This document shows, in pieces, positions 49,687-60,303 of a stretch of 64,000 bases of DNA. Each line of letters begins with the position of its first letter. Within the stretch, counting starts at the first letter, position 1. The translations under genes and the position numbers were made by a program. The stretch lies in the NCBI GenBank assembly GCA_965218425.1, contig OZ244621.1, positions 1,568,001 through 1,632,000 of the forward strand. The letters are read 5' to 3'. The stretch comes from an uncultured Candidatus Binatia bacterium (lineage in GTDB: Bacteria; Desulfobacterota; Binatia; UBA9968; CAXXLF01). The notes below the pieces were generated by a model. That model did not search any database, had not been told where the DNA came from, and saw only the letters and a program-made list of their open reading frames with translations.

Positions 49687-51078
49687 ATGCGATTCAATAT
49701 TCAGGCCCTTTTGCTGCTTCTTCTCGCCCCCTGCATGCCGGCATGCCAAACTCTGCGTCTAAACCAGGAACGCGCAAATATTCCGACCAGCCAACTTCCC
49801 CGAATCGTGATACCCAAACACTACGACCTGGCACTTACCGTATTACCCGACCAGGAGCGTTTTCAGGGCAGGGTTGCCATCCATGTGGAGACCCAAAAAC
49901 CGACGAGTATTATCTGGCTGCACGGTTGGGAATTAAATGTCACCCGGGCCTCACTATCACTGGCCGACGGTTGCACCGTCAAGGTGAGGTACAAACAACT
50001 CAATGACGACGGGGTTGCCAAGGTAGAGCTACCTGAAGAGGTCAAATCGCAGAGGGCGCGCCTAAAATTTGATTACGACGCTTGGTTCATGGCCACCGAC
50101 CTCGAGGGTCTTTACCGCGTTCAACAAGATGACCATTGGTACGCCTTCACACAGTTCCAGGCCATCGCGGCCCGTCACTGCTTCGTCTCCTTTGATGAAC
50201 CCGTGTGCAAGGCAACCTTTGCCGTTTCCCTTACAGTGCAAAGGGAGCACACCGCGCTGGCAAACACGCCGCAGATTGGCGAGGTAGAACTTCCTAACGG
50301 AACCAAGCGGGTACAATTTGCCACCACGAAGAAAATTCTTAACTACCTGGTGGCAATGGCGGTGGGTCCCCTCGACGTAGTTGAGGCGGAACCCATTCCT
50401 CCAAACTCCGTTCGGAAAGTCCCGCTACAATTACGAGGCATTGCCGCTCGTGGCCAGGGGCATCGTTTGACCTACGCTCTCAAGCACACGGGGCGGGTAC
50501 TGCAGATTCTAGAGGAGTACGTTGGCGTCCCCTATCCTTTTCGCAAACTCGACATTGTGGCGGTGCCAAGATTCGGCGGTGGCGCGATGGAGAACGTGGG
50601 TCTCATAACCTTCAGAGATCTGGTGCTCATGGTGGAGCAAGAAACCATCATGGAAGTTTCGACTCGCGGTTGTCCGGACTGGATTCTCCCAAACGCAGAC
50701 GGTGCAGGTTACTATCGCTGGAGCTTACCCCCCAAGTATCTCCGCCGTTTGAAGAAGACTTCCAATGACAGACTACCAACCCGCGAGCTTTTGTCAGTAG
50801 GTGACAGCTCGTGGGCTGGCTTTGCTAGGGGTACGGTTTCCGCTGCTGCCGCTCTGGAGCTGGCACCGTGGTTCACGCGACACCCAGAGCGTGAGGTGGC
50901 AACCATACCTATGCGATTTGTCCGTTTTACCCGAGACCGCCTGGTGGAGGAGGGGCAGCGTAAGAGGGTCGAGAGGTTTGCCCGGGACCTTTTTCGCGGG
51001 CCTCCCTGCGGCAAATGCGAAGTAGCAGGTGGCATCGTTTTGTCGGGCCCTAGGAAGGAATCTAGAAATGGACTTTGA
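49687..51078 (+). pseudogene. M1 aminopeptidase (PepN-like) with an in-frame deletion of the zinc-binding region
   Basis: TQFQ..ARHCF..FDEP and GGAMENVGLITFR are present. HEXXH is absent, and the sequence jumps to the ERAP1-C-like PNADGAGYYRW. Confidence 0.8.
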
Positions 51079-52207
51079 ACTGACCCCAGAGCAGAGACGA
51101 TTAGTCCAACAGGTGAAGCGACTCGTAAAGGAGCGAATTTCTCCCCGTGCCGCGCAGTATGACCAGCCCATTGAATTGCCCGTGGAAGATATTGAGGATC
51201 TTCATCGCCAGGGGTGGCTGTTGGCAAATCTAGCACGGGAGCATGGTGGTTTGGGCTATGGCTTGGATGGAGACGATCCGTTGGCCTTCTTCCTTTTGAT
51301 TGAGCACCTGGCCCATGGCAATCCTTCCACGGCCCACTGCTTTCAAGTACACAACAACACCTTGATGATGATCAACGCCATGGCAACTGAGCAACAAAGA
51401 AAACGATGGCTTGAGCCCACCATCGAGCACGGCGCATTGTTGGTGGGCTCCGGTGCCGAGCCCCAGGGTGCTCCCACCACCACCGCTCGACGGGTGGACG
51501 GTGGATTTGTCGTCAACGGCCAGAAACATTACGCCACCAATGCCACACAGGCGGAGTGGCTTTGGATCGGAAGAATCGCCTTTGAAGGCAAGCCTGGAGT
51601 CCTCGGGTTAATGGTCCGTCGAGACACCCCAGGTTTGATCATAGACGCTTCCGCGTGGCGTCCCATGGGAATGAAGGCTTGTGTGAGCCCATGGCTCCAG
51701 CTCAAGGATTGCTTTGTCCCTGAGGAGGACATGATCGGCGCGCTGGGCCAGTTTCGAGTTGAGAACTGGTTGGGAAAGATCAATTTCGCCTTCTCGGCCA
51801 ACTATCTTGGCTCAGCTCAGGCCATGTACGAATGGGCACTGGCCTATGTCCGGGAACGCGGCGGTGGGAAGGATCCTTATCGGCAGCTCCGTGCCGGGGA
51901 ACTCAAAAGCCTATTAGACGCTTCCAGGTTGCTACTCTACCAGGCAGTTAACATGTACAAGCGCGACGCTAAAATGGCCATGGTGCGCGCCCATGCGGCG
52001 AAATGGATGGTTAAAGAAACTCTCTATAAGGTCACAGCGGGGGTTGGAGAACTGGCAGGCTCCACCTCTCTGTTTGAAAAGCATCCCCTGGAACGATTTT
52101 GCCGTGACATGCATGTCCATATGCTCCATGGTCGTCATGACATCGCGGCGCAAATTGTGGGGGCCTCGGAGTTTGGGGAGCCCTACGATGTCAATCGCAC
52201 CCACTGA
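51068..52207 (+). CDS. Acyl-CoA dehydrogenase-family flavoprotein (possibly a DszC/SfnB-like monooxygenase)
   Basis: MDFELTPEQ, EHGGLG, VNGQKHYAT, WRPMGM and PLERFCRD. Confidence 0.82.
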   Translation: MDFELTPEQRRLVQQVKRLVKERISPRAAQYDQPIELPVEDIEDLHRQGWLLANLAREHGGLGYGLDGDDPLAFFLLIEHLAHGNPSTAHCFQVHNNTLMMINAMATEQQRKRWLEPTIEHGALLVGSGAEPQGAPTTTARRVDGGFVVNGQKHYATNATQAEWLWIGRIAFEGKPGVLGLMVRRDTPGLIIDASAWRPMGMKACVSPWLQLKDCFVPEEDMIGALGQFRVENWLGKINFAFSANYLGSAQAMYEWALAYVRERGGGKDPYRQLRAGELKSLLDASRLLLYQAVNMYKRDAKMAMVRAHAAKWMVKETLYKVTAGVGELAGSTSLFEKHPLERFCRDMHVHMLHGRHDIAAQIVGASEFGEPYDVNRTH

Positions 52208-52603
52208 GGCATAACAAACTCTTTGTGAATCAAAGTTCAAGCCTCAATGCGTTTAAGATAAAACACCATCGATCCGTAAATTAACACCATTCTCGCTGGC
52301 AATCATTTCTCTCCTCCTTTTAGAATCGAGCGCGCAGCCGGCTGCCTAGCCGTCTAGACGGCTAGTTTATAGAACTGCCTAAAAGCTTAGGCACTGCTTG
52401 CCTTTGCATCCCCGACTCTTTATCATACAGGACCCATTTTTTTGCTCAATGGAAACCATGGCACCCGGCGCCAAACGAATTCTTCCATAAGATTTGACGC
52501 CGATCAGAATTTCGACGTCGGTAATCGACGATCGGATTTTGACTCAGAGGAAACCTGCGTGACGGACCAAGACACGTAACTTCCAGTCCTTCACACGAGA
52601 CAC

Positions 52604-52630
52604 AGCGGCGGTCCGTTTTGGGCCGCCGCT
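52604..52630 (-). terminator. Hairpin downstream of gltB
   Basis: AGCGGCGGTCC-GTTTT-GGGCCGCCGCT. Confidence 0.5.
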
Positions 52631-52668
52631 TGATAAGTAATCAACAAACTATTGATTGAATAGGCGAG

Positions 52669-55600
52669 TTAGGAAATGGCGCTGACCTCTTGGAATGGCT
52701 GTTCCATAAGGCGGCTGATACTTGCCACCGATACGCGACCGGCTTCCGAAAGAGGTTCAACTTTCCAAAAAAGTGAAAGAAAATGTTCCCAGCGGTCTAA
52801 GATATCCTGTGCCCTTTTGCTCTTGGTAAATTCCAAATGATTGAGAATGAGGTGGCGCAGTAACTCCGTGTCTTCTTCCTCCTCTATTTCGGCCAGGCCC
52901 ACCAGCTGCGGGTTGTACTTCAACTTAAATTCCCGGCTTTCGTCCAGGATGTATGCCAATCCGCCAGTCATTCCAGCTCCAAAGTTCCGTCCGGTCTCAC
53001 CCAACACCACCACAACTCCGCTGGTCATGTACTCGGAGCCATGGTCTCCTACACCTTCAACGACTCCGACACCGCCGCTGTTGCGCACACAAAAGCGTTC
53101 GCCGGCCCTGCCCGCAGCGTATAGAAATCCGCCGGTGGAACCATACATCACTGTGTTACCCACAATGGCATTCTCCTGGGTCTGGTACCGCGCGCCTTTA
53201 CCCGGACGAATGATGATCTCACCTCCACCCATCCCTTTGGCCACATAATCGTTGGCCTCACCATTGAGGTAGAGACGCAAACCACGAATCAGGAATGCTC
53301 CGAAGCTTTGCCCTGCGGTGCCCTCAAAGTGGCACTGGATGGTCCTTGGAGGAAGGCCTGTATCCCCGTAACGGCGCGCTATCTCTCCCGCAACACGGGT
53401 TCCAACGGCCCGGTGAATATTGCGGATCTTATAATAGAGTTCGATTGGACCGTCTCCCTCTAAAGCGCCTTTGGCGTCCTTGATAATCTTCTCGTCGAGA
53501 GGTTTATCCTTGCGATCGTTTCTCGCCCAGGTGTGGTATCTAGGCCGATCCCAGGTTGGATCCACTGGAGTCAGGACACGGCTTAAATCAAGGTTAATGG
53601 CTTTAGGGTTATCTATGGTTTTTTGTTCTAAGAGATCCACTCGACCGACGATGTCGTCAATCTTTCGAAAACCGATCTCAGCAAGTATACGTCGAACGTC
53701 GTGCGCAAGGAGGCTAAAATAATTTACCACCATGTCGGGTGTCCCGATAAATTTTTCCCTGAGCTCAGGCTTCTGCGTAGCGACACCCACGGGACAAGTG
53801 TTGAGATGGCACTGACGCGCCATCACACAGCCCACCGCAACCATGGCTGCGGTACCAAAACCATACTGCTCAGCGCCCAGCATGGCCCCGATGATCACGT
53901 CTCGAGCGGTTCTAAAACCGCCGTCGGTCCGGAGAATTACGCGTTCGCGCAGGTTGTTCAGCACCAAGGTCTGTTGTGTTTCGGCCAGTCCCAGTTCCCA
54001 AGAGACGCCCGCGTTTTTCACCGAACTCACCGGAGAAGCGCCCGTCCCGCCATCATGACCGGAGATCTGGATCACATCAGCGTAGGCCTTAGCCACCCCG
54101 GCGGCGATGGTACCGACGCCCGCCTCGGCCACGAGTTTCACCGCTACTTTGGCCCTGGGGTTGGACTGTTTCAGGTCATAAATAAGCTGGGCGAGATCCT
54201 CAATGCTGTAAATATCATGGTGAGGTGGTGGCGAGATGAGGGTAACCCCGGGAACGGAGTGACGAATGGTGGCAATTTCAACGGAGACCTTGTGTCCCGG
54301 GAGCTGGCCCCCTTCGCCCGGCTTCGATCCCTGAGCCATTTTGATTTCCAGTTCCATGGCGGCGGACAGGTACTCGGGTGTGACTCCGAAACGTGCCGAG
54401 GCCACTTGCTTGAGGGCGCTGTTCGCCCAGTCGTCGTTAGGTCGGCGATGGAAGCGTGATGAATCCTCTCCCCCTTCACCGCTACCGCTCTTGGCCCCCA
54501 ATCGGTTCATACCGATGGCTATGGTCTCATGCGCCTCGCGGCTAAGGGCCCCGTAGGACATGGACCCGGTTGTGAAACGTTTGGTTATCTCTTCAACCGC
54601 CTCCACCTCCTCGATGGATACGGGTCTCGTTGGCTTGAAGCTTAAAAGATCACGAACAGCCGTGGGGGGACGCTCATCCACAGCTTTGGCAAAGGTCTGA
54701 TAATCTTTCTCCGCTCCACTGTTGATCAACTTGTGCATTCCCTTGAAGACGTCAGGGTTAAACGCGTGATACTCACCCGTCTTACGGTACCGGTAGATGC
54801 CCTCCTGGTGGAGCCTCGGTTTTTCCTCGTTAAAGGCGGCTTGATGAAAACTCAGAACATCTTTGGCAATATCCTCCAATCCAACTCCGTCCAGCCGCGA
54901 CGTGGTGCCGGTGAAATACTTGTCGATGACTGACCGGTTGATTCCCACTGCTTCGAACACCTGGGCTCCCCGGTAGCTGGAAAGTGTGGAGATCCCCATC
55001 TTGGACATGATTTTCAAGATCCCGTGCTCCACCGCCTTTTTGTAATTTTGCAGCGCTTTGTGCTCGGTCATTCCATCGAGTCCATGTTTAGCGCCGTTAC
55101 TCAGCAGACGGAGGATGGTCTCAAAAGTGATGTAAGGATGGATCATGCTGGCACCGTAGCCCAGTAGAGCGGCAAAGTGGTGTTCCTCTCTAGGCTCCCC
55201 ACTCTCAGCCACGAGGCTTGCTCTCATCCTCTTTCCCTGCTGTATCAAATAGTGGTGGACGGCGCTGACGGCGAGCAGCATTGGGATGGGGGCGTGAGTC
55301 GGACTCACTCCTCGGTCACTGATAATAAGGACGTTTTCTCCCTTGTCCACAGCACAGGTGGCTTTCTGACAGAGTTTTTCCAGGGCGCTCTCCAGGCCAG
55401 AGGCACCATCGGAAACGGGAAACAGGGCGGACAGAACGATTGAACTGAAACCGGAGCGGACCTCGCCGCCGTCGGTCATGGTCTGCGGTAAACCTTTCAA
55501 CCATTCCATCTCTTCCTGGCTCAGAATCGGACTCGAAAACTTGATCAGCTTTGCATGCTCCGGGGTCTCTTCCAACAGGCTCCGTCTGTAGCCGAGGGCC

Positions 55601-57225
55601 GTATTTAGGGACATGACCAGTTCCTCCCGCAACGAATCGATGGGAGGATTGGTAACCTGGGCAAACATCTGCTTGAAGTAGGTATAAAGCAGGTGCGAAT
55701 TTTTCGATAAGACAGAAAGCGGCGTATCATCGCCCATGGAGCCAACGGCCTCCTTGGCCTCGATCAACATGGGAGCGATAAAGACGTCAAGCTCTTCTTC
55801 CGAATAACCAAAGGTCCTTTGCAAGCGAATCAGCTCCACTGGGTCTATGGAACTCGAAAACTTATCCCATTTGAGTCCCAGGGAATCCACGCGGAACAGA
55901 TTTTCCTTCAACCACCGGCCATAGGGTTTTTGCCGTGCGATCTCTTTCTTGAATTCATCATTCCTCAACAACTTCCCTTTAGCAGTATCCACCGCAATCA
56001 TCTGTCCTGGACCAAGCCTCCCCTTCTCTATGATTTCCGAATCAGGGATTTCTAGGACTCCCACCTCGGACGCCATAATGAGGACACCGTCCCGGGTGAT
56101 TTTATACCGGGCGGGTCTCAGACCATTGCGGTCTAGAACCGCGCCCACCGTCACCCCGTCTGAAAAGGCCACTGCTGCGGGTCCATCCCATGGCTCACCG
56201 ATGCAGGCGAGGTATTCGTAGAGACCGTGCAGTTCCGGGTCCATGTGAGGCATCCTTTGGTAAGCCTCGGGGATAAGCATGACCATGGATTCCAGGACGC
56301 TTTTCTTGGACAGGGTGAGCAACTCGAGAGCGTTGTCGAGGCTTGCGGAATCGCTTCCCCCGTCGGTAATAATAGGCTTTAGTTTTTCAATCTCCTTGCC
56401 CCAGACTTCGGATCGCATCTCCGCCTCTCGGGCCCGCATCCAGTTGCGGTTCCCGTTAAGCGTATTGATCTCACCGTTGTGCCCCAGCATCCGAAACGGT
56501 TGCGCCAGCGGCCAGGTGGGAAAGGTATTGGTGCTGTAACGCTGGTGGAACACGCATAGAGACGTGTCATAGTCAGGATTTTTAAGATCAAGATAAAAAC
56601 GCTCCAGCTGGGGAGCCACCACCAAGGCCTTATAGACCAAGGTCCGATGTGAAAAAGACGGGATGTACAGATCGTTCAACCCCTTGTCTTTGGCTTCCTT
56701 CTCAATGACTTTTCGCGTGAGATAGAGAGCCCTTTCGAATTGGTCGCCGTCCAGCCCGCTGGTTTTCCCAATGAGCACCTGTTCAATCTCAGGTCTCGTC
56801 TCCTTCGCCGTATCACCCAGTGCGTCAGGGTCAAGGGGGACTTTTCGCCACCCCAGAAAGGCCATCCCCCGCCCCTGAATGGCCTGTTCGATTATTTTCC
56901 GAGCCAATTTACGCCCCGCCGGATCCTTGCCGGGGAAAAAGATCATTCCCACTCCAAGGTCGTCGAGGCCATTGAGATGAGCCCCTAGCTTTGTCACCTC
57001 TTTGGCAAATAGGCTTGCTGGGACCTGGGTGAGGATACCCGCTCCGTCACCGGTTTTTGCGTCTGCATCCACTGCACCCCGATGGGTCAGGTTGATGACC
57101 GCACGTAGTCCGTGAACGAGAATACTATGACTTTTATTCCCGCCAACGTCGGCCACAAAACCGGTTCCGCAACCGTCGTGTTCAAAGTTAGCCTGATAGA
57201 GAGTGTTTCCTGCAGCAGACAGCAT
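52669..57225 (-). CDS. gltB: Glutamate synthase large subunit
   Basis: EHDGCG (catalytic N-terminal Cys after processing), HQRYSTNT, HNGEIN, KQVASARFGV, AQGSKPGEGGQLPG and C..ARQCHLNTCPVG. Confidence 0.97.
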   Translation of the reverse strand: MLSAAGNTLYQANFEHDGCGTGFVADVGGNKSHSILVHGLRAVINLTHRGAVDADAKTGDGAGILTQVPASLFAKEVTKLGAHLNGLDDLGVGMIFFPGKDPAGRKLARKIIEQAIQGRGMAFLGWRKVPLDPDALGDTAKETRPEIEQVLIGKTSGLDGDQFERALYLTRKVIEKEAKDKGLNDLYIPSFSHRTLVYKALVVAPQLERFYLDLKNPDYDTSLCVFHQRYSTNTFPTWPLAQPFRMLGHNGEINTLNGNRNWMRAREAEMRSEVWGKEIEKLKPIITDGGSDSASLDNALELLTLSKKSVLESMVMLIPEAYQRMPHMDPELHGLYEYLACIGEPWDGPAAVAFSDGVTVGAVLDRNGLRPARYKITRDGVLIMASEVGVLEIPDSEIIEKGRLGPGQMIAVDTAKGKLLRNDEFKKEIARQKPYGRWLKENLFRVDSLGLKWDKFSSSIDPVELIRLQRTFGYSEEELDVFIAPMLIEAKEAVGSMGDDTPLSVLSKNSHLLYTYFKQMFAQVTNPPIDSLREELVMSLNTALGYRRSLLEETPEHAKLIKFSSPILSQEEMEWLKGLPQTMTDGGEVRSGFSSIVLSALFPVSDGASGLESALEKLCQKATCAVDKGENVLIISDRGVSPTHAPIPMLLAVSAVHHYLIQQGKRMRASLVAESGEPREEHHFAALLGYGASMIHPYITFETILRLLSNGAKHGLDGMTEHKALQNYKKAVEHGILKIMSKMGISTLSSYRGAQVFEAVGINRSVIDKYFTGTTSRLDGVGLEDIAKDVLSFHQAAFNEEKPRLHQEGIYRYRKTGEYHAFNPDVFKGMHKLINSGAEKDYQTFAKAVDERPPTAVRDLLSFKPTRPVSIEEVEAVEEITKRFTTGSMSYGALSREAHETIAIGMNRLGAKSGSGEGGEDSSRFHRRPNDDWANSALKQVASARFGVTPEYLSAAMELEIKMAQGSKPGEGGQLPGHKVSVEIATIRHSVPGVTLISPPPHHDIYSIEDLAQLIYDLKQSNPRAKVAVKLVAEAGVGTIAAGVAKAYADVIQISGHDGGTGASPVSSVKNAGVSWELGLAETQQTLVLNNLRERVILRTDGGFRTARDVIIGAMLGAEQYGFGTAAMVAVGCVMARQCHLNTCPVGVATQKPELREKFIGTPDMVVNYFSLLAHDVRRILAEIGFRKIDDIVGRVDLLEQKTIDNPKAINLDLSRVLTPVDPTWDRPRYHTWARNDRKDKPLDEKIIKDAKGALEGDGPIELYYKIRNIHRAVGTRVAGEIARRYGDTGLPPRTIQCHFEGTAGQSFGAFLIRGLRLYLNGEANDYVAKGMGGGEIIIRPGKGARYQTQENAIVGNTVMYGSTGGFLYAAGRAGERFCVRNSGGVGVVEGVGDHGSEYMTSGVVVVLGETGRNFGAGMTGGLAYILDESREFKLKYNPQLVGLAEIEEEEDTELLRHLILNHLEFTKSKRAQDILDRWEHFLSLFWKVEPLSEAGRVSVASISRLMEQPFQEVSAIS

Positions 57226-57227
57226 GG

Positions 57228-57770
57228 TTACTTATTTTTCCTCGAACCTACTGCCCATTTCTTTTTTTCCGAGTGCCCAATCATTTCCTTACCCAAATCT
57301 GTTGACTCCGGGGTGCTGGCTTGTTCAAGTTCCAGGACCTGACTCTCCTTGGGAGTCGACAGCACAACCTTTGTCACCGTCCGGGTGACTCCCTCCATGG
57401 AGCGAATCTCTCCCAGAAGTCGCTCCAGGGAATCCGTGTTCGCCGTTTTAACTTTAAGTATAAAGCTCTCGTCTCCCGTGACATGGTGGCACTCAAGCAC
57501 GTCGTGCTGCCGAACCATGTGAGAGGCAAAGGGGATAATGTGGCGCTGATGGCCAACTGAAACCCCTATGAACGCCACAATGTCCTTGCCCAGCGTCTTG
57601 GCGTCCAAAAGGGCATGGTAACCCTTGATAATTCCATGTGATTCTAACTTTTTGACCCTTTCCATTACCGCGGGCGGGGAGAGATCCACCTCCTTCGCTA
57701 TCTCAGCGAGGTGGCGCCGGCCATGATGCTGGAGAATGGAGAGGATATTTTTGTCTATTTCATCCAACAT
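57228..57770 (-). CDS. Lrp/AsnC family transcriptional regulator
   Basis: LDEIDKNILSILQ..GR, ERVKKLE..GIIKGY and ECHHVTGD; 2 bp from the gltB start. Confidence 0.92.
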   Translation of the reverse strand: MLDEIDKNILSILQHHGRRHLAEIAKEVDLSPPAVMERVKKLESHGIIKGYHALLDAKTLGKDIVAFIGVSVGHQRHIIPFASHMVRQHDVLECHHVTGDESFILKVKTANTDSLERLLGEIRSMEGVTRTVTKVVLSTPKESQVLELEQASTPESTDLGKEMIGHSEKKKWAVGSRKNK

Positions 57771-58038
57771 ATGCTTAAGTTCCTTAGGGAGAGGCGACCA
57801 AAGGCTTGAGATTTTTATGTGATTTCACGAAAAATGTCAAGGTCCGTACTGGAAATAAAATTTTAACCTAATTTTATAAGGTATGGCAAGATTAAACGAC
57901 CTATCAAGAGATAGGGATGGGCCTTAAGGACGTTTCCTTTTTAATTTCAGCTAGATGACTTTGATTACCGCTCTTCCAAGCAGTTTCAAGGCTTCTTTAT
58001 ACGGTCAGGTATCCTGAATGCGGTGTTCGGGCGGGAGG

Positions 58039-58980
58039 CTACTTGAGCGGAACCGGGATAAGGGCACCCTCCTGAGCGTCACGCAACATTTCTCTCATGC
58101 GGCGCAGGTCCACCGATAATCCCAGCTTTCGCACCGCCTGAATGAGCTCAACAAGTAAAATTCCATCCTCTGCGTCTTGGTAGCGATAAATTTGAAAATA
58201 AGGCTTGCCCTCTCTGAACCCCACCTTCGCGCGCTTGTACATGATCTCCACAGGTGTTTTAGAGGAAACCTTAGGAAATAGATAGACAATGTCCTCGGGA
58301 TAGAGTCGCAGGCAGCCGTGAGTCACCTTGCGGCCCACCGCCCACGGATTATTTGTTCCGTGAATTCCGTAGGAAGTTTCCGACAGTCGCATCCAGTGGC
58401 TACCGAGGGGGTTCCCTGGACCTGGAGGAATCACCTTACGTGGTTGTTCCATCTCCTCTTGAATGGACTTGGGGACATACCAGAACGGATTTTTCCTCTT
58501 TTCCCCAATCCTATACTTTCCCGCAGGGGTATCCCAACCCTCCATCCCGATTCCGAGAGGAAACGTCATTACCTCGGTGGAAGACATATAGTAGTAGAGT
58601 CTCATCTCTGGAATATTCAGGACAAAGCCCCGAGCCTTCTGTTGGGGTAGGATCCAGGTGGAAGGAATGTTGATTGCCAGACCTACCGGCGGAACCCAGG
58701 GATCAACCCCTGGATTGGCTTGAATCAATTCGAGATATCCGAGGTGATGGAGACGAGCGATGTCCAGAAGGGTTTCACCTTGCTGGACCTTGTGGGTCAC
58801 GGCCTCTCCGATGACGGTCTCAGCTTGAGGGGAATCTACCCCATCCTGCGGGGCGCCATAGTTATAAACCTTCGTACTGGCTTGCCATATCCCTGGCTTT
58901 TCTTGCAGGGCTTCGGTGTGGTGGGCACTTAACACCAACAGGACAAAGAGAGAAGGAACTATTTTTACCGTCAATTTCAT
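58039..58980 (-). CDS. L,D-transpeptidase (ErfK/YbiS family) with LysM
   Basis: Signal peptide, ANPGVDPW, PPGPGNPLG and YGIHGT...THGCLRL. Confidence 0.92.
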   Translation of the reverse strand: MKLTVKIVPSLFVLLVLSAHHTEALQEKPGIWQASTKVYNYGAPQDGVDSPQAETVIGEAVTHKVQQGETLLDIARLHHLGYLELIQANPGVDPWVPPVGLAINIPSTWILPQQKARGFVLNIPEMRLYYYMSSTEVMTFPLGIGMEGWDTPAGKYRIGEKRKNPFWYVPKSIQEEMEQPRKVIPPGPGNPLGSHWMRLSETSYGIHGTNNPWAVGRKVTHGCLRLYPEDIVYLFPKVSSKTPVEIMYKRAKVGFREGKPYFQIYRYQDAEDGILLVELIQAVRKLGLSVDLRRMREMLRDAQEGALIPVPLK

Positions 58981-59090
58981 CGGCCCGCTTTCTCTCCTAT
59001 ATAGATCCTCCTCGGCCCGAGTCAAGTAGTTGATTTTTATTCAGGTGGGTTATAGGATTCGAACCCTAGAAGAAGGAGGGTTTTGAACCC

Positions 59091-59954
59091 ATGCCCCTGG
59101 TAAATGCACTGGCCGCCAGCCACGCACCCAATATCCTAATGGAACCTGGTGTTGAGTGGGACGATTTCATGAAACTCCACTACCGTATGGCTCCCCATAC
59201 GACAGGCTCCGGGCCCTCCCTAGAAATCCAGAAACAACTTCGCGCAGATGCAGAAAGGGCCTTCAGCGAACTCCAGGCAGAGTTGATGGCTTCCCGTCCC
59301 GATGTCCTGATCGTCGTGGCCAATGATCAGTTTGTCAATTTCTTCTACAACAACATTCCAACTTTTTATGTGACCTTAGCGGACGAAGTGCAAGGACAGT
59401 TCACCCGGCATCATTTTCATTACCAGAACCACAAGGAGCTTGGACAAGCCATCCTCAGGTCTGGGCTCGATAAAGGAATTGACCTGTCCTTTGGTCGCTT
59501 CGTGGAGTTGCAACACACCCAGGTTGTCCCGCTCTATTTTCTCCTTCCCGAACCCGCGATACCAATCCTCCCTATTTATGTGAATACTTGGGTAAGCCCT
59601 TTGCCGACACCTCAACGATGTCACCGCTTGGGAGAAGTCATCCGAGAGGTTGCCGTGGAGCGCACGGAACGAGTGGCGGTATTGGCCACAGGCGGCCTAT
59701 CTCACTTTCCAGGTTCGCCAAAGATCGGAGAAATCGACACGGAATTCGACCACAGGCTATTGCAGATCATGCGCGAGGGTAAGGGTAGAGCCCTAACGAA
59801 ACACTCGGCAGATTATTTCTTTCAGGCTGGGAATTCGGAGTTTCTGAACTGGATGGTTGTTTTAGGAGCGGTGGGGGAAACTAAGGCCACGACCACCCAT
59901 TACATGCCTGACCATGTGGCCACGGGTTGGGGGTTCGCAAGCTGGAAACTCTAA
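59091..59954 (+). CDS. Class III extradiol dioxygenase catalytic subunit (LigB-like)
   Basis: ASHAP, RPDVLIVVAND, QH...VP, ATGGLSH, EFD and EFLNW. Confidence 0.85.
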   Translation: MPLVNALAASHAPNILMEPGVEWDDFMKLHYRMAPHTTGSGPSLEIQKQLRADAERAFSELQAELMASRPDVLIVVANDQFVNFFYNNIPTFYVTLADEVQGQFTRHHFHYQNHKELGQAILRSGLDKGIDLSFGRFVELQHTQVVPLYFLLPEPAIPILPIYVNTWVSPLPTPQRCHRLGEVIREVAVERTERVAVLATGGLSHFPGSPKIGEIDTEFDHRLLQIMREGKGRALTKHSADYFFQAGNSEFLNWMVVLGAVGETKATTTHYMPDHVATGWGFASWKL

Positions 59955-60057
59955 AGACGTGAATCGTTACTCGTCAACAGTCAATCGTGGCTTTGGAGGG
60001 TTAAGCTCTAGGACTAAACCATTAACTAATGACTAAATAACTTTGTCAGGGCCGCTT

Positions 60058-60303
60058 ATGAGTAGTTACCATCTGAATCGATTTCTATTTGACTTAAAAA
60101 TGAACGAAGCCACGTTGAAGCAGGCAAAGGCCGATCTCAGCGCGGCCATGAGCCCGTACGATCTCAGCGGCGAAGAAAAAGACGCACTGACCGCTGGAGA
60201 CCCTAAGCGGTTGAGCCAACTTGGGGCTCACGGCATGCTTGCCATTTGGATTATGCGGCTGGATCCTGACTTTCAAACCAATACTTATTGGACGCAAAAG
60301 TAG
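60058..60303 (+). CDS. LigA-like small subunit
   Basis: MSSYHLNRFLFDL...YDLSGEEKDAL...LSQLGAHGML. Confidence 0.75.
   Translation: MSSYHLNRFLFDLKMNEATLKQAKADLSAAMSPYDLSGEEKDALTAGDPKRLSQLGAHGMLAIWIMRLDPDFQTNTYWTQK

Noticed and set aside
13295..51067. Extended N-termini in the ORF track (starts at 13295, 18179, 36390, 47222 and 51029)
   Set aside because: They overlap neighbouring genes or repeats. Downstream ATGs have an RBS, a signal peptide or a family-typical N-terminus.
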